Shown: one piece after another, positions 12,886 to 26,869 of the stretch | How positions within the stretch are numbered: the stretch's first letter is position 1 | Layout of the letters: every line of letters starts with the position of its first letter | The notes under the pieces: model-generated | Seen by the model: the letters and a program-made list of their open reading frames with translations, nothing else | Told to the model about the DNA's origin: nothing | The model's database searches: none | Translations under genes and position numbers: made by a program | Origin: the human T2T-CHM13v2.0 reference genome, Homo sapiens | Strand: one strand, 5' to 3' | DNA: 64,000 nucleotides | Assembly: GCF_009914755.1 (NCBI RefSeq) | Contig: NC_060944.1

Positions 12886-15780
12886 TGGCGGCCCGAGCGG
12901 CCCCGGAGCGGCGGAGGCCTGGCGGAGCGCTGGAGCGGAGTGGGACGGCCAGCCTGGGCCCACCCCCGTACCCTGCAGGTCCCGGCCCACGCACGCTCGC
13001 CTGGAGTGCGCGCCCCACCTCTAGGCCAAATCACCGCTTTCCCCTCCTCGCGCACTCTCCTCCCTCAGTTCCCTTTGCACCCCACCCCCATCCCGTGTCA
13101 CCCCCAAGGAGGCTCAGAATGAGCGCCGGGACAACGCCTCCTGGGCCCTTTGTTCCCAAGCGGCCCCCGCCCAGTGGGCGACGCTCTGTGTGTCCTCGCG
13201 GCTTCTGGCCGTGTGTGTCGTGCGTTCCTGTTTCTGGAGATCTGCGCGTATTTGTATGTTGGGGAGGGCGGGCTCGAGGCTCCGAGAGTTGTGTTCAGAC
13301 CCAACTCTTAACCTCAGGGGACCTTTCTCAGGCCAAGCGAGGGCCCCTCCTGGCGGGTGCAGTCGCAGAGCCCTGAGGTTCGACTCCACTGGCCCCGCCG
13401 CTCCCCGCGTTCACCCCACCGCACAATGTTCACAGTGAAGGCGACGGGAAAAGCAGCAGCCCAAAGGCTCTGAATTCCTCTTCCCCGCCACACGCACGGA
13501 ATCCTGAGCCCCCGGAGCCTCGGGGCCGAGGCCGGCCCGGGACGGTGCTCCGAGTAGCTCTCCACTGCTGGGGAGCCGGCCCTGTTTTTGTTTGAACGTT
13601 TTGTAACGATTAAGCAGATCCCGGCGTCAGCCCGCCGCGGAGAGGCTCAAACAGGCATAAAGTGCGACCCCAAGTGGCCACTGTGCGCAAAGGCGCCGCG
13701 ACCGCCCGGCCCACGGCCGGAAGGCTTGGACGGCGCCTCGTACCCAGCCAGGTCTCCCCTACCTGGCCCAACCCAAGCCAGCCCAGAACGCATACTATGT
13801 GTGCACCAGAGCCCAGGACAGGTTCCCCTCGAGCGATGTACAGGTCCTCGGGTCCCGTCTTCGTACTCAGCCGCGAGCCTCGAGCCGCGAGCTCCGCTCT
13901 GGTCGCCCCGTTGAAATTCCGTGCCCCAGCGTTCGGGGGTGCCCGTCGGCTGCTCCCTGGGCCGGAAGGTCCTGGGCGGAGGAAGGCCGGTAGCCAAAAG
14001 TGGAAGCGCCACAGTGAAGCGGCCCAGGGCCACCGGGTGAGAAACCTCCCCGGAGGGCAGACGGGGAGACCGAAGCACACCGCACTAGGCATCCAGACTG
14101 GGCTTGGGAGCCGCGCACCCTCCCTACCCAGATCCAGGATGGCTAGAATTAACGGGTTCTTTCTGAGACCTCGGCTCAGGCGCCGAAACCGGATAGATCG
14201 CGAATTCGCTGGACCCGGAGACCCGACCCGCCTCCCGCGTCACCTTCTTCTTTCTAGCTTTGGGCGCGCGCAGCGAAAGGCAGGAGAGGCGCGCACTGGG
14301 TGAGTGAGTCCCGGCCGCTGTCTGCGCTGGACCAGCCCGACTGACCTCGCGCGTAGGGGTCGCGTGAGCCACACCGGTGCAGACGCGCCTAGATTATTTT
14401 TAAATGTTAGAAGGTAAAATATTTGCCTCCAATTAATCTGAAAACTCTCTATTCTCTTGCGCCCTCGGAGAGGCTGGGGTACGGCGTGGTATTGGGCCGC
14501 CTATTTTTAATAAAATGAGTGTATTTTAACTAAAACTTAACTCAATCTTGTGGGGTGGCAAATTAAATGCTGGAAGAGCGCGTCTACAACCCTCTTCGAG
14601 AAGCGTGCTCTCCGCAGAAATGAGTCGGCCGCCTGGAGAGAGAGCCTGGGCGGTGCCGCTGCGCAGCCCCTGCCAGTAGCTGGGGGTTGGGGACTCGCAC
14701 CTTGTAAATGTCCTCGTCTTGTTTGAACGCAGTGAGAGCACACTCGTTTCCAGATCACTCGGGACCGGGTGTCTCGGATCTGTGCAGACTATGTATGGCT
14801 CCGGCCTCAGGCGGCCAGGGCGGGACAAGCACGCCTGACTCTCTTGGTCCCGACTGGACTAGAGCTGGTAGCACCCTCCCTCAGGGTCCTAAGAGACCTG
14901 TGGCTCCCAGAGTGTTTCTGCCACTGTGGACTTCTGCGCGGGCACCAAGATGGACAGGCCAAGCTGTGACCCACTCCACCCCCGCCCATACGTCCCCTCG
15001 GCTCTGCCTGACACTGGCCGTCGAAGACTTCCGTGGCCCATTAAGGCCCTGGGGATTCCTGAGGCCCCAGGTCTGCGGTTCCGAACCTCCTCTTCTCCTG
15101 CGGGCGGCCTGCCTCCGACTCAGGGTCTCTTGGACTCGGGCTTTGGGCAACCGCGCTCTTCTTTGTCCCTGTGCCTCTGTCTCTGTTGTGGTCACTCCCT
15201 TCGCCTGGGCTTTGACTGTGGTATCTCTGTCCATCCCCAGGCTCACTTCCCCACCCAAATCCGTTTCTCTGCCCCTCTCCCAGCTTAGCCACTCCCTCCT
15301 CTGCACACCCCACAACCTACCCCACCAAAAAAAAATGTTGGAAACAGCCCTACCCCTGCCAGGCTGTGGGTGAATGACGGAGACATGCAGGTGGCCGAGG
15401 AGTTAAGGCCGCTGCTGCGCAGCCGGCCCCACTTCGTGGCCTGGCCTCCCCCACCCCGGTTACTGCTGCGCTGACTTGGAGCCCCAGGCCCTATAGCCTC
15501 CAACTTCCGACTGCTGTCGCGGGATGCCGCTTCTCATCTCTGGGGTCTCTGGATCAGCATGCCAGGCTCGGCTCCCCGTCATGGATACACAGCAGTGCCC
15601 GCAGTCTTCACCCTATCCCTAAAACGTAGGCAGGGTTGAGGTGAGGAGGGTGAGGGATTGCTGCTGTATACCTATTGACTGGGAGTCCGACACGCTCAAA
15701 GAAAAAAAGTAAAAGAAGGAACGGTGGAAGAAGTGAAGGGTCGAGGAGAAGTAAAGGGAGGCCAGGAGACACGCGAGCAG

Positions 15781-15842
15781 TGCACGGAGTCCCAAGGCAC
15801 ACTGAAGGAAATGCACGGAGTCCCAAGGCACACTGAAGGAAA
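15781..15842 (+). repeat. Perfect 31-bp tandem duplication
   Basis: tgcacggagtcccaaggcacactgaaggaaa occurs twice in tandem. Confidence 0.95.
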
Positions 15843-15899
15843 GTCGGGGATTTTGCGGCAGCCACAGCCCCTCTAGTGAACAGCTTGTTGCCAAAACTC

Positions 15900-16600
15900 C
15901 CATTTAAGGTGTTTACCCAAGAGTGACCTCCTCTCTACCCACGCCAGGTTGGGCCAGAGGCTATGCCTCTGGGACGCACCGCCTCGGGATTCTTTAGCTA
16001 CAAATGGTGATGGAGGAAGCTCTGCAGGGTCCGAGCCGCTGCAGAGCCTTGGAGCATTCGGGGTAGGAGTAAGAGAAGAGGTTATTCCCTAAGGGAGCGT
16101 GGAGCCCACAGCCAGCCGCCAGGTGTGAGGTTTGCCGCGCTGCCCTCGTTGGCCCCCACTCAGCCGAGGGAATAACTCCAGAGAGGCCCGGCGGCGTGTC
16201 CTCCCGTACGCCTGGAAACCAGAGCGGCATTCCTGGCATCCTCATTCAGCCCGAAGGTGCGCCGTTCACCTTCGGCGTTATTTCCCTGAGGGTTGCAGGT
16301 GGTTGGTGAGCGAGGAGGCGTCTCTGTGCACGCATGGGTGCTGTTGGAGGCGTGCGGGAGGGGTGTGTTCGTGCGTGTGCTGTTTGCGCGCGCGTGTGTG
16401 TTGGTGGAGAGGCGCAGCAGCACGCGGGATGCGGGAGCGGGAAACTTCCAGCTTCAAAGCTCGGTGGGCTCCGGATCGTACTATGCGGAGTCGCTAAGCA
16501 GAGGCCAGTGGTCTCAAGGGCCTCAGAGGCAAGTTCTGCCAGGGAGGGTCCTGAATCAGGGGACCCCCACCTCCCGCCTGCCGCAGGAGCTTGACTTCTG
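15900..16600. promoter_or_regulatory. Upstream CpG-rich island
   Basis: Dense CpG, ~3.5 kb upstream of the TSS. Confidence 0.7.
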
Positions 16601-17285
16601 CCTTTGCATCACCCAGATGTAGTGTCACCTGTCTTTTCCAAGGAGCCCTCAGGTCTCTGCCACCTTTTGTGAGGCTCAGTGGAAAAGTATTATGTTGCTC
16701 CCATTCCGTGGGATCCTCCCAAGGTCTATGGAACCCAAAAAGAGACAGGAGGGTTTTCTGGGGGATTTTTGTTTCTGTTTTTTGCCCTTACTCTTCCTTT
16801 TCCTCTTCCCAAAGGCAGCTATCACTTCCACTTTCCCTTGCCCCATACAACCGCTGTCAGATTCCAACCCAGTGCTTCTAAAAAGGTATTCTTGGGTTTC
16901 TGGGTCCTGGTGGTCTTTAGGCAACCAAAAGATTCAGAGGGTCCCAGTAGGGAGCCAGAGTTACACTGACTGTGAAGATCCTGGCTGTCTCTCCTGGGGA
17001 CCAGGGACAACACCCCAATACATGCAGAAATGTGCACGCGAGCACACACACACACTTAGGGGTAGGAAATTATTATTAAAACTATTTCACTGTTTTTTTT
17101 TACTGTGTTCTAATGTGACCAATAAATAATTTTAAATTACACATGTGCCTCACATTCTATTTCTGATGGACAAGCCTGCATTAGATAACCACTGGGCAGT
17201 ATTGCTTCCAACACAGATGGGATATTTGATAATAGTCACTCTCATTTGTACAGGGAGTTGCAAAGCCTTTTGTCATTCACCTTTT

Positions 17286-17880
<595 letters not shown>

Positions 17881-18555
17881 AGCGTGTGGTCTCTGTGTCA
17901 ACTGAATAGCATCCTGGGGATTCTGGTGTCAGTACGGTGCTTCTCCACCTGTTCTCTGGGTCAGGATTTTCAGCTGCCACAGGATTAGTGACTGTTCAGT
18001 TCACAGCTGAACCTTTACCAAGTGTCAAGTCCCTGCCAATAATTTGATTATGAGGACAGTGTTTAATGTGCCTTCTTATCAGTGGCAGTCAAACTTCTCT
18101 TTTCCCTTTTCTCTTCCCTGACTGTGTGGGGCTGGAGAGAAACCAAGGCAGGGGTACCGGCCAAAGGAGAACAATTTTGCAGAGTCCTCTCATCCTGTCC
18201 TTTACCCTTGGCATCAGCCTGGCCTCTGATCCTGGGTCCTGCCTCTGGTCTGAGTTTGACCTTCAGTCCATATTCATACATCCCTAAATATCAAAGGAAA
18301 GAGACAGAGAAAAAGAGAGGGGAGAGATGATTCAGTGCTGATGAGAAGCTCACTGCTACTCAAAGCCACTGTGCAGTGAATGATAACCAGGACAGTTCCC
18401 TTCCCACTACACCTCCCCCACCCATGACCCCAGAGCCAGTGTCAGGAATTCTGAAACCTCATTATTGCTCCCCAGGGCTGAGGCCCTCACCTCCCATAGT
18501 CTAACTATCGCCTCTCTATCCTTCCACCAGAGAGATCCACCAGATCTCTCTGGTT

Positions 18556-18601
18556 CTTCATCTGGTACCTTAACCTTCATCCGGTACCTTAACCTTCATC
18601 C
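18556..18601 (+). repeat. 19-bp tandem repeat (~2.4 copies)
   Basis: cttcatc(t/c)ggtaccttaac twice, plus a partial copy. Confidence 0.9.
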
Positions 18602-19274
18602 AAGCCACCCTTATCTTTTCCTTAGAGGATTGCAGAGGCTTTGGCTGTAGACTTTCTGCTTCTCCACAGGGCAGTAGAGATAGTTTTTATATGAATCTGA
18701 TAATTCCCCCTCTCCCACCCCCTGGCTTAAATACAAATCACTTTAACACTTGGAAAAAGAACCAAATTCCTTGGCATAGCCTTCAGGCCATGGATGGTCT
18801 ACCCTTGTTACCCTCTCCCACCTCATCTTGCTGCATCCCCCATCACAATGCTCCAGGCACACTGATTTATTTAAGTTCTTCCACAGCCCAAGCTGTGTTC
18901 TGCCACAGGACCTTTGCATATGCCATTCCCCTGCTTACAATGAGTCAATCTCTTGTTTCTGAGGAACTTAGAAGACATGTTTTATGGATCTTCCCAGGCC
19001 TTGGAGGGACTTGGGTGTACCTAGGCATGGGAGTGGGGTGAAAAGCCTATTAGCAAGGACAAGGTCCTGGTCATTCTAGGGAAATCCTACACACTGGAGT
19101 CATAGGGCAAAGCTTGTACCTCCATCCCATCTTTCTTCAACCTGGATCAGGGTAGACCTCAGGTTTGGGAGAAGCCTTAGGAAATAACACAGGGACATTC
19201 AAGGAAATGATATAGTCAGCTAGTCCAAATGTTTTACACTTGAGAAAATGGGTTACAAACACAAATTCGTGAGC

Positions 19275-19382
19275 CACAGTCTGATTTTATAGGTCTGAGT
19301 AGAGCCCAAGAATTTGCATTTTAATAAGTTCTCTGGGTAATTCTGATGCCTGGAGTTCAAGAAACACACTCTGAGAAACTAG
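19275..19382. mobile_element. MER5-like fragment
   Basis: taggtctgagtagagcccaagaatttgcattttaataagttctctgggtaattctgatgc. Confidence 0.65.
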
Positions 19383-19949
19383 ATGGAATTTGATCATGAG
19401 CTCCAGAGGAAGTCTCCAGGAGGTGGAGTTGTCTCTGTGTCCTCAGTAGTCAGTGCAATGCCCATACCAGGAGGAACTCAATTACAAGTGTGGAATAAAT
19501 GAATGAATAAATGAAATTAATAACTAGGCAAAGGCTGATCTTCCTTACAGTGTGAGGTCTGTGAATTGTCAGGCCTTTTCTGCACACCCTCCAGCCCCCT
19601 CCTCTCCCTGAGTTAGCAGTCATTCCTGAACCAATCCTTCCTTCTTCCTCCTGATGCCAAGGACTAACTCAAGAAATCTGCATGATTTGAGTTATCCCAC
19701 CCCATGGGCCTCCCTGCTTTCGCTTTCTTCCTCCTTTGTCTGGATGCTCTTCAAGGGCCCAGAATTCCAGCTTCTCACTACATGCTCATCACCACATGGA
19801 GAGCAAACTTCTCAGGTACAGGGGAAGTAGATGGCACCCTCCCACTGCCCTGGGACCTGCTGCGTGGGAGTGGTGGAGGAAATAATGCTGATTGGCTGTG
19901 TCAAAGCCCAGTCTCCATTCAGCCAGGAGCTGCTGTGGTCATTCAATCT

Positions 19950-20440
19950 CTTTTTAAAACAAATTACAGAAGATCACATTCTCATTGTGAAAAAATGCAG
20001 CAATGTAATTTTAACATCTATGTCTAGAGCTACAGCTTGCTTTTGATTTTTACTCAGCAAATGCTTGGTCAATACATGGAAATCTACTTCTTTTTAACTA
20101 ATGCATAGCATTCTATCCAATGGATGCCCTATAGTTTTTTATCCAGGCCATATTGACCGACATTTAAGCAATTTCAAATCTTTTACTATTGCAAACAATG
20201 CTGCAACTCAGCTTTTTACATGCGCCTTTCTGCACATGGGCAAACATTCCTCTAGAAAGCAAGAAATAAAATTGCTGGGTTGAAAGATGTGTGCATTTTC
20301 AGTGTTAATAATGTCAAATTAGCCTCTAACAAGATGGTGCCTATTTCATTTACTATCAGAAATGGAAAATCTGTTTCCCCATAGCCACACCAACAATGAA
20401 TTTCATCAAGGTTTTCCATTTTTGTTTCAGTTTTACAACC
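19950..20440 (-). mobile_element. Old L1 (L1ME-type) fragment
   Basis: ttttactattgcaaacaatgctgcaa...ttccccatagccacaccaaca is the antisense L1 ORF2 3' region. Confidence 0.65.
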
Positions 20441-22084
20441 AGTGCTGGGAGATGAGGGTTCAGGGATGAATATGGCTTCCTTCCTCTCCTCCAAGACAGT
20501 GCAAACCTTGCCATTGTGACATGAAAGGTGTTGTGATGGCAATATGTCCACAGTGCTTCTGGATCCCAAGTAAAAGATCCCTGGTTCTATTGGAAGAAAT
20601 GGGGAGGGTGGCAGAAAATGCTGCAGAGAAAAGGTGACACTTGGTTAAGGCTTTGGAGGCTGAGCAGAAACTTGCCAAACACAGAAATGCAGGAATTGCT
20701 GGTGGTAGGACTAGTCCAAGCAAAGGCATGGAGCAAAGGTACTGCCTCGTGCCCTTGGGGAGCTATTTCAGGGAGGCTGGAAACAGAGATGAAAGCTTCT
20801 GCAGGAGCCAACACTCGAAGGACCTTGAATGCCATGTCAAAGGGTCAGAGTTCTGTCCTGAGGGCTAGAAGGTCATCTCCACATGGGAAGGCATCTTTTT
20901 TATTGGACTGTCAGGCACATAGTGGGTGCTCGGTAAACATGTATGGAAATAAAAAGGAGAATTTCAAAGGTATTTAAGCAACATGCTTAATTATCTAATT
21001 ATCTTTCATCCCTCATGGAGAGAGACAAGGTGCATTCCATGCCAGGGACTGAGATCCAGGCTTCATTCTGGACACTGGAGAGGTGGCACAGACACACTCA
21101 GCTCAGGAATTCTTTCCTGGGTTGCAGCCCCCCTCCTGGCCCTGTGCCAGGTCCCTTTCACCTCTGCCCGTTAGAGATTGCTTTTGGTTGCTGTGTTGAC
21201 AACCCCTGTTTCTGTGTTCGGAGCGGCTGTTCAGTGCCATTTCCTGATTTAATATCAGCGCCAGCATACAGCAAGGATGCACAGTTAGCAGTTTTTGCTC
21301 CAAGTATTTTTCAAGTTCCCTTTTGATGTAAGGGTTGGGTTTGCAGCTTCCCTGATCACACAGAGCAGGGAGGGAGAGACTGGGGGAAGGAACTGGGAGC
21401 CAGAGGTGGGAGAAGACGACCCTGAGAAGATTCATCTAGTCCAGCTGAGCTGAGAGACTCCAAGCTCCTTCTGCAAGGGGATGGCAGAGGGATCAGCTAA
21501 GACACGGCAGGCTGAAGGGTTTCCTGGAAGGTGTGGCCTCTGAAGCAAGGCTGCTGTTACCCTTCTGTGTGGGCATAAAGATGTACACGTGTCTGTGAAT
21601 ATATGTCTCTGTCACAAAAACAAAGGGTTAAAAAGGTTAAATGATCTAACATTATGCAATTCAAAGCACGAGGAAATGAAAACAAAATTGGTCCAAAGCA
21701 AAACTTAAGGTTGGTACAGGTCCCAGTAGTGCTCAGTTTTTCAGGGTTTGGGGTTGTTTGTTTGTTTGTTTGTTTGTTTTTGACTGAGCATCTACTATGC
21801 CCAAGGACTTCCTCAGGGCTGAGTGCTCATCCTCTTCTGATGGAAACAGATCTTTTTCACTACATTATGGCCAATGCAACAAGAGAGCATGCTCGGGGAC
21901 TGTGCACACTCAGGAACACACACCCACATTTGAGGGCAGGACACAAAAAGAGACTGGGCACTTCTTCACCAGAGTCCTTGAAGGCCTGCACCCCCCCACC
22001 TATAGACACCTCTATGACCTGCTGCTGGGGCTCCATTCTACCTCTTCTACCACCCACCTGTTGGACTCTTCTCCAAGACCTTCT

Positions 22085-22330
22085 ATGTCATTTGGGGTCT
22101 TCTGAGAAGCAGAAGCCAAAACAGGATTCTATGTGTAAGAGATTGATTGGGGGACACACCTGTGAAGTATAAAGGAAAAAAGGGCAAGAGGAGGCAGGGA
22201 GAGCTTTCAGACCGTGATGTTGGTCTTGCCCCTGTGAAAGGAGAGGGGGAAGGAAGGAGGATGTGGAAGGAAGAGTCTTAGACTGCAGCACTGCTCTAGG
22301 AAAGTTGCAACCAGGATCATGCCACCCAGT
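22085..22330. mobile_element. ERVL LTR (LTR16-like) fragment
   Basis: ctgagaagcagaagccaaaacaggatt...gggagagctttcagaccgtgatg...agactgcagcactgctct. Confidence 0.55.
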
Positions 22331-25300
22331 CATGGCAGACTTCCCCAGGTAATGAAATTAGCCAAGCAAACATCTTCTTGTGTGTTTTCTACATGTGAGG
22401 GACTGGATTATATTTAGATTGCATCATCTCACTTAGTCCTTCACAATAACCTTAACAGACAGGTACTATCTTCATTATTACCCCATTTTGTAGGCTGAGG
22501 CTTAAATAAATTAAGTCCCTTGCCAGAGGGCACAAGTTACAAGTGACAGAGGAAAGATTCAAAGGCTGTTTGACTCTAACTATTGCTCTGGACTGCTGTG
22601 GCCAGGAGGAGGCTTGGAAAGGGTAAGTGGGAGGCTCATTTCTCTCTTTGCACCCATCTCTCCTGCTTATGGGCCCTGGGATGTGTTTCAGCACAACCCC
22701 CAACAAGGCTTTTCTGGTCTCATCAGGGCTGATGCCAGCTCATTCCAGGCTGGTCTGCCAGTCAGCCCCAAGCAGATGGCCCAGAATGCTCACCTGAAAT
22801 AGGCACTTTCCAGCAGCCACACATGTGCTTTTCTCTTGGGCATTACCTCCTCCAGGAAGCCTTCCTGCTGGCTGGCGCATGTTTTCATAGCACCTTATAT
22901 AGACACTTTGCCCAGAGCATCTGTTATATCTGTGTCCACCACCAAACTCAGCCTCTCTAGGACCAAAACCAGGTCTGAGTCATGTCAGCACCCAGCACTG
23001 GAGGGCATAGCACTGGAGAGACAGCAATACATGCACCTGGTGCTTGGACAAAGGAACGTGTCCCAGGGGCATCAAGAAGACACCCTTAGAGAGCATGGGT
23101 TGTTGTCATGAAAGCCATTGCTTTAGCCTTCAGATGTGTAGCCTGCACTCCCTGGCTTGGTTGCCAGGGGACTCACTAACCCCCAGGCAGTGTTAACAAT
23201 TGAGCTTCTCGCTTCTCTGCAGCAGATAACACCTCCCACCCTTGCCTCAACTTCTCTTGGGGGCCAGGCCCAGGCTTATACCCTTGCTTCCCAAAGCCTC
23301 AGCATCTGCTTGGCTGCCAGTGGCACAGTGGGTAGCCCCAGCCAAGGAGGAGAGTTATTTTTATTTATTTCTTCTTAATCATGAACTTAATTTAGCTGCT
23401 AATCAGGTTACCATGGTGACTTGCACTGGATTTATAGCAGTTTCCTAAAGTGCCTTTTTCACACTCTTTTGGTAAATGAATAAAATTTGGGTGATGCACA
23501 AAGCGCATAAATATTGGGTGTCCTAGAAAAAGGTCAGATGCATCCGTTTTGTATTTGCCTTTTGCCCTGACTAATCAGGCACAAGAGAGCCATGACTATG
23601 AAAAGATTCCAGGTTCCTCTCCTCTGCCCTCCCTTTAAAACCTTCAATGGATCCCTACTGCCACCAGGTAAAGTCTGAGATTTTTTCAGTGCTTTCAAGG
23701 CCTGCCCCTCTATCCTCCCTTCACTAACACTCTACCTTCCAGTTCTCCTGTGCTGTTTCTTGCAAGCTTTTGCCTCTCTGCTTTTGTTTGTGCTGTGCCC
23801 TGATCTGGAAAGCCCTTCCCGGACAGCAGGAAAGCCCTCAGTCTTCTGAGCTCTCCAGAAGGGTTAATTCCTCTCTCCTCTGTTCTGGGAATGATGGTAG
23901 CCTGGCTTGTCTGAGAAAGGTTTTCCCCCTTGTCTTGAGACCACTCCCATCCCTATGTGCTATTTTAGAAAACCTTTGAGCACTCTTACTGTCTCCACTA
24001 TTGCTTGGACAGGGGTGGGGGGCTATAGTGCTGGCCAGCCCAGGAGAGTGGGGCAGGGAAGCAGCAAGGAGATGAAATGAGCAGTTGGCATTTTGACAGC
24101 TTTCCGTATTTCACTCTGTGGGAACCTCACCTCGTATTCTACCCCAGTGTTTGGGAAGAGAGGGATCATCCCGTGGGCTCAGAAGAACTTCTGCCTTAGG
24201 CCTTCTGCAAGCTCCCCCCACACCCCTTGTGGCTCCCAGAAGGGAGAGTGTCTCCAAGCTGGAGACCATAGTTTCCAGGTTTCCCTTGAGGACCTTGGGG
24301 CCGGCTGCCAATCAGTCTTGGGATCAGCCACAATCCATTAGCGAATGCTCAGGGCTCAAGGCGCCAACAGAGCCACCAGGCGTCGGCGCCAGATCCTACT
24401 CAGGGAACCCAAAGCCACCTTCAATTATTGTCTTGGACTTTGTAATCAGACAAGCTGGGCCCACAGACCATAGGCTGTTTTCCTAGGCTCAGAAACCCCT
24501 CCAGCCCCAGTTCTGGCACCCTGAGCTCACCAGGTACTCTCCAGGCCAGGATGTACATGCAACCCAACGAGAGACCACTCTCTGAACCTCCTGGGTCACA
24601 AAAGGAACCACCTGACTCCTTTGCAGCAGCCCACGCTGTAGGTAAAGCTATGTGAGTACATTAAATTACCTACCCCTCTCTTAGCCTCACTTTCCCATCT
24701 GGAAGGTACAGCTGTAGTTATGGCAGATGCACTGGCATCAGTGATCATGGACTTACTTTACTTCTGGCCTTCTAAACTTGGAGTCAGAAGAACTGAGTTC
24801 GAATTCTTGCTCTGCACCTTTATTTGATTTTGCTTCAAGATTGAAGCCAGGGGAGAGGAAAGGGCTGTTTCCAGAATGCCTTTGGAAGCATGAGATCAGT
24901 AGGCCCAGACATCTACAATAGTGACCAAGAAGGGAACGTCTTGTGATATGCCAGGCAAGCCCTGAATGGCTGCACAATCTCAGCAGGCAGGTTTGTCCCT
25001 TTGTACCACCAGAGGAGTTCTGGCCAAAATGACTCAGAGGATCTGGGAATGGGGAGTAGACATACAACTCCCTCTAACCAAGCATGGAAGGACCCAGGTA
25101 TCCAGACCCAATCACCCAAGGCTTGAGAGAGTCTGGGGTTCTAACCCTAGCTCAGTGGCAAACTTACTGTGTGATCTTGGGCAAGTCACTTAACTTCACT
25201 GGGCTTCAGAGAGTTTTTCTGGAGACATGAATCCTTCCCAAATGAGGGTGAGACCTTATGTTCCCCAAACCCTTCTCCAGCATGTGAGCTTATGAAGCTG

Positions 25301-25529
25301 GCTCTGGCCCATCCAACAGCAGTTGGGGGTGGGGGACAATATGACTTTGTAAGAAAACTCAGAATAAAGCACAGTAACCCCTCCAGCCACTGGGGACTGC
25401 CTTACTCCACCCCTGCACATATCTTAAGGTGAGAATTAACAGGTACTCATTCCTGGGAAGGACTTGACAAGCATCTTGCATGGAGAAAAACCGGGAGCTC
25501 CTCATTGACTTGGTAGATGTTACACAGCA

Positions 25530-25850
25530 CTGTGTTTAAGAGCACAGGCTCTGGAGCCTGACTCCCTGGGTTCAAATCCCAGCTCTGTCATTTACTACCT
25601 ATATGGCCTTGTGCAAGTTGCCTAACCCTTCTGTCTGCTCTTCTTCACGTGTACAATGGGACTAATAGTAGCATTTACCTCATTGGATTGTTGGGAGGAT
25701 TAAGTGAGTAGATACACATTAAGCACTTAGTGTTGAGGGTTGATGATTATGTATCAAACATTTCTCCCATGTATTAGTTCTCAAAGCTACTATTATTAGC
25801 CCCATCTTACACTCAAGAAAACTGAAATGCAAAGAAATTAACCCTCTTAC
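25530..25850. mobile_element. MIR elements (two, opposite orientation)
   Basis: agagcacaggctctggagcctgactccctgggttcaaatcccagctct... MIR 5' region. Confidence 0.8.
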
Positions 25851-26049
25851 CTGGTCCCTATGCTCTCTGCTAGTGCATTTGCCATCAGACCTTGCTGCTC
25901 CCACTTCTGCTCAATATGATCAATGTTCTCCACTGACTTGTTTTGCAAAACAATTTCATATAGCAATGGAAATAGAGAAGGGAGTTGGGAGTTAATTAGG
26001 GCAGGGTGAGCCACAGATCAATTTTAACATTGTTAAAGGAGAGACAACT

Positions 26050-26692
26050 TGACATTAGCAGGTGATACAACAAGAACCATCACAACACCATCTACAAAGG
26101 CTTCTAGCCAAAAATCGAATACGACTCTGATCAGGCCTCTGGATCAAACTACTGATTTCCAGGAAACACAGGGGATGGAGGAACACGTTAAACAACACCA
26201 CAAGGAGGCGCTCAGCTGAATCTGGAATGTGAAACAATCTACAGGAGAATGACCAAAATTCATCAAGAAACAAATGGCATTTAGAAAAGAGAAATAAATC
26301 ACATTTTTAAATGTGAGAAAAAGGGAGGACTGTTATAAAGAATATTAAGAGACATATCAGTCTAATGCAATGTTTACAGCCTGACTCTAAATGTAAAAAG
26401 GAGGTTTTGAGACAATTGGGAATATTTGAATCTCTACCAAATATTAAATGAATTGGTTTTTTCATTGGGTTAGATGTGATAATGATATTGTGGTTATGTT
26501 AAAAGAAATTGTAAGTCCTTATCTACTAACAATACCTCCTAAAATGTTTATACATGAAATGAGATGATGTCTGTGATTTATTTTAAATACTCCAGCAAGG
26601 GGGTGGGGGTCAAGGGTGCATGCAGGTTTATAGTGATTTTCTCTTCTTCTGTATGTTTGGAAAATGTCATAATAAAAAGTTTAAACTAAAAA
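26050..26692 (+). mobile_element. Old L1 (L1MC/ME-type) 3'UTR
   Basis: ttttgagacaattgggaatatttgaat...gatgtgataatgatattgtggttatg...cataataaaaagtttaaa. Confidence 0.7.
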
Positions 26693-26869
26693 GGAGGGCA
26701 GAGGATGAAGGCAGATCACTAAGTATGAAGAGTTGTAGGTACGGGTTTCAGAAACATTTAGGTAGGTAGTGAGTGAGGTTTGGCCCCACAGAGATGGGAC
26801 TGGGAAGGCACTCAGCCCCTCATGCATTCTCAGGTCATCTGAGGGAAAATAAGCCTTTGCACACCACTC

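Noticed and set aside
13588-15373. 213-aa and 221-aa ORFs and neighbours upstream of the promoter
   Set aside because: CpG-island artefacts with low-complexity composition and no domain.
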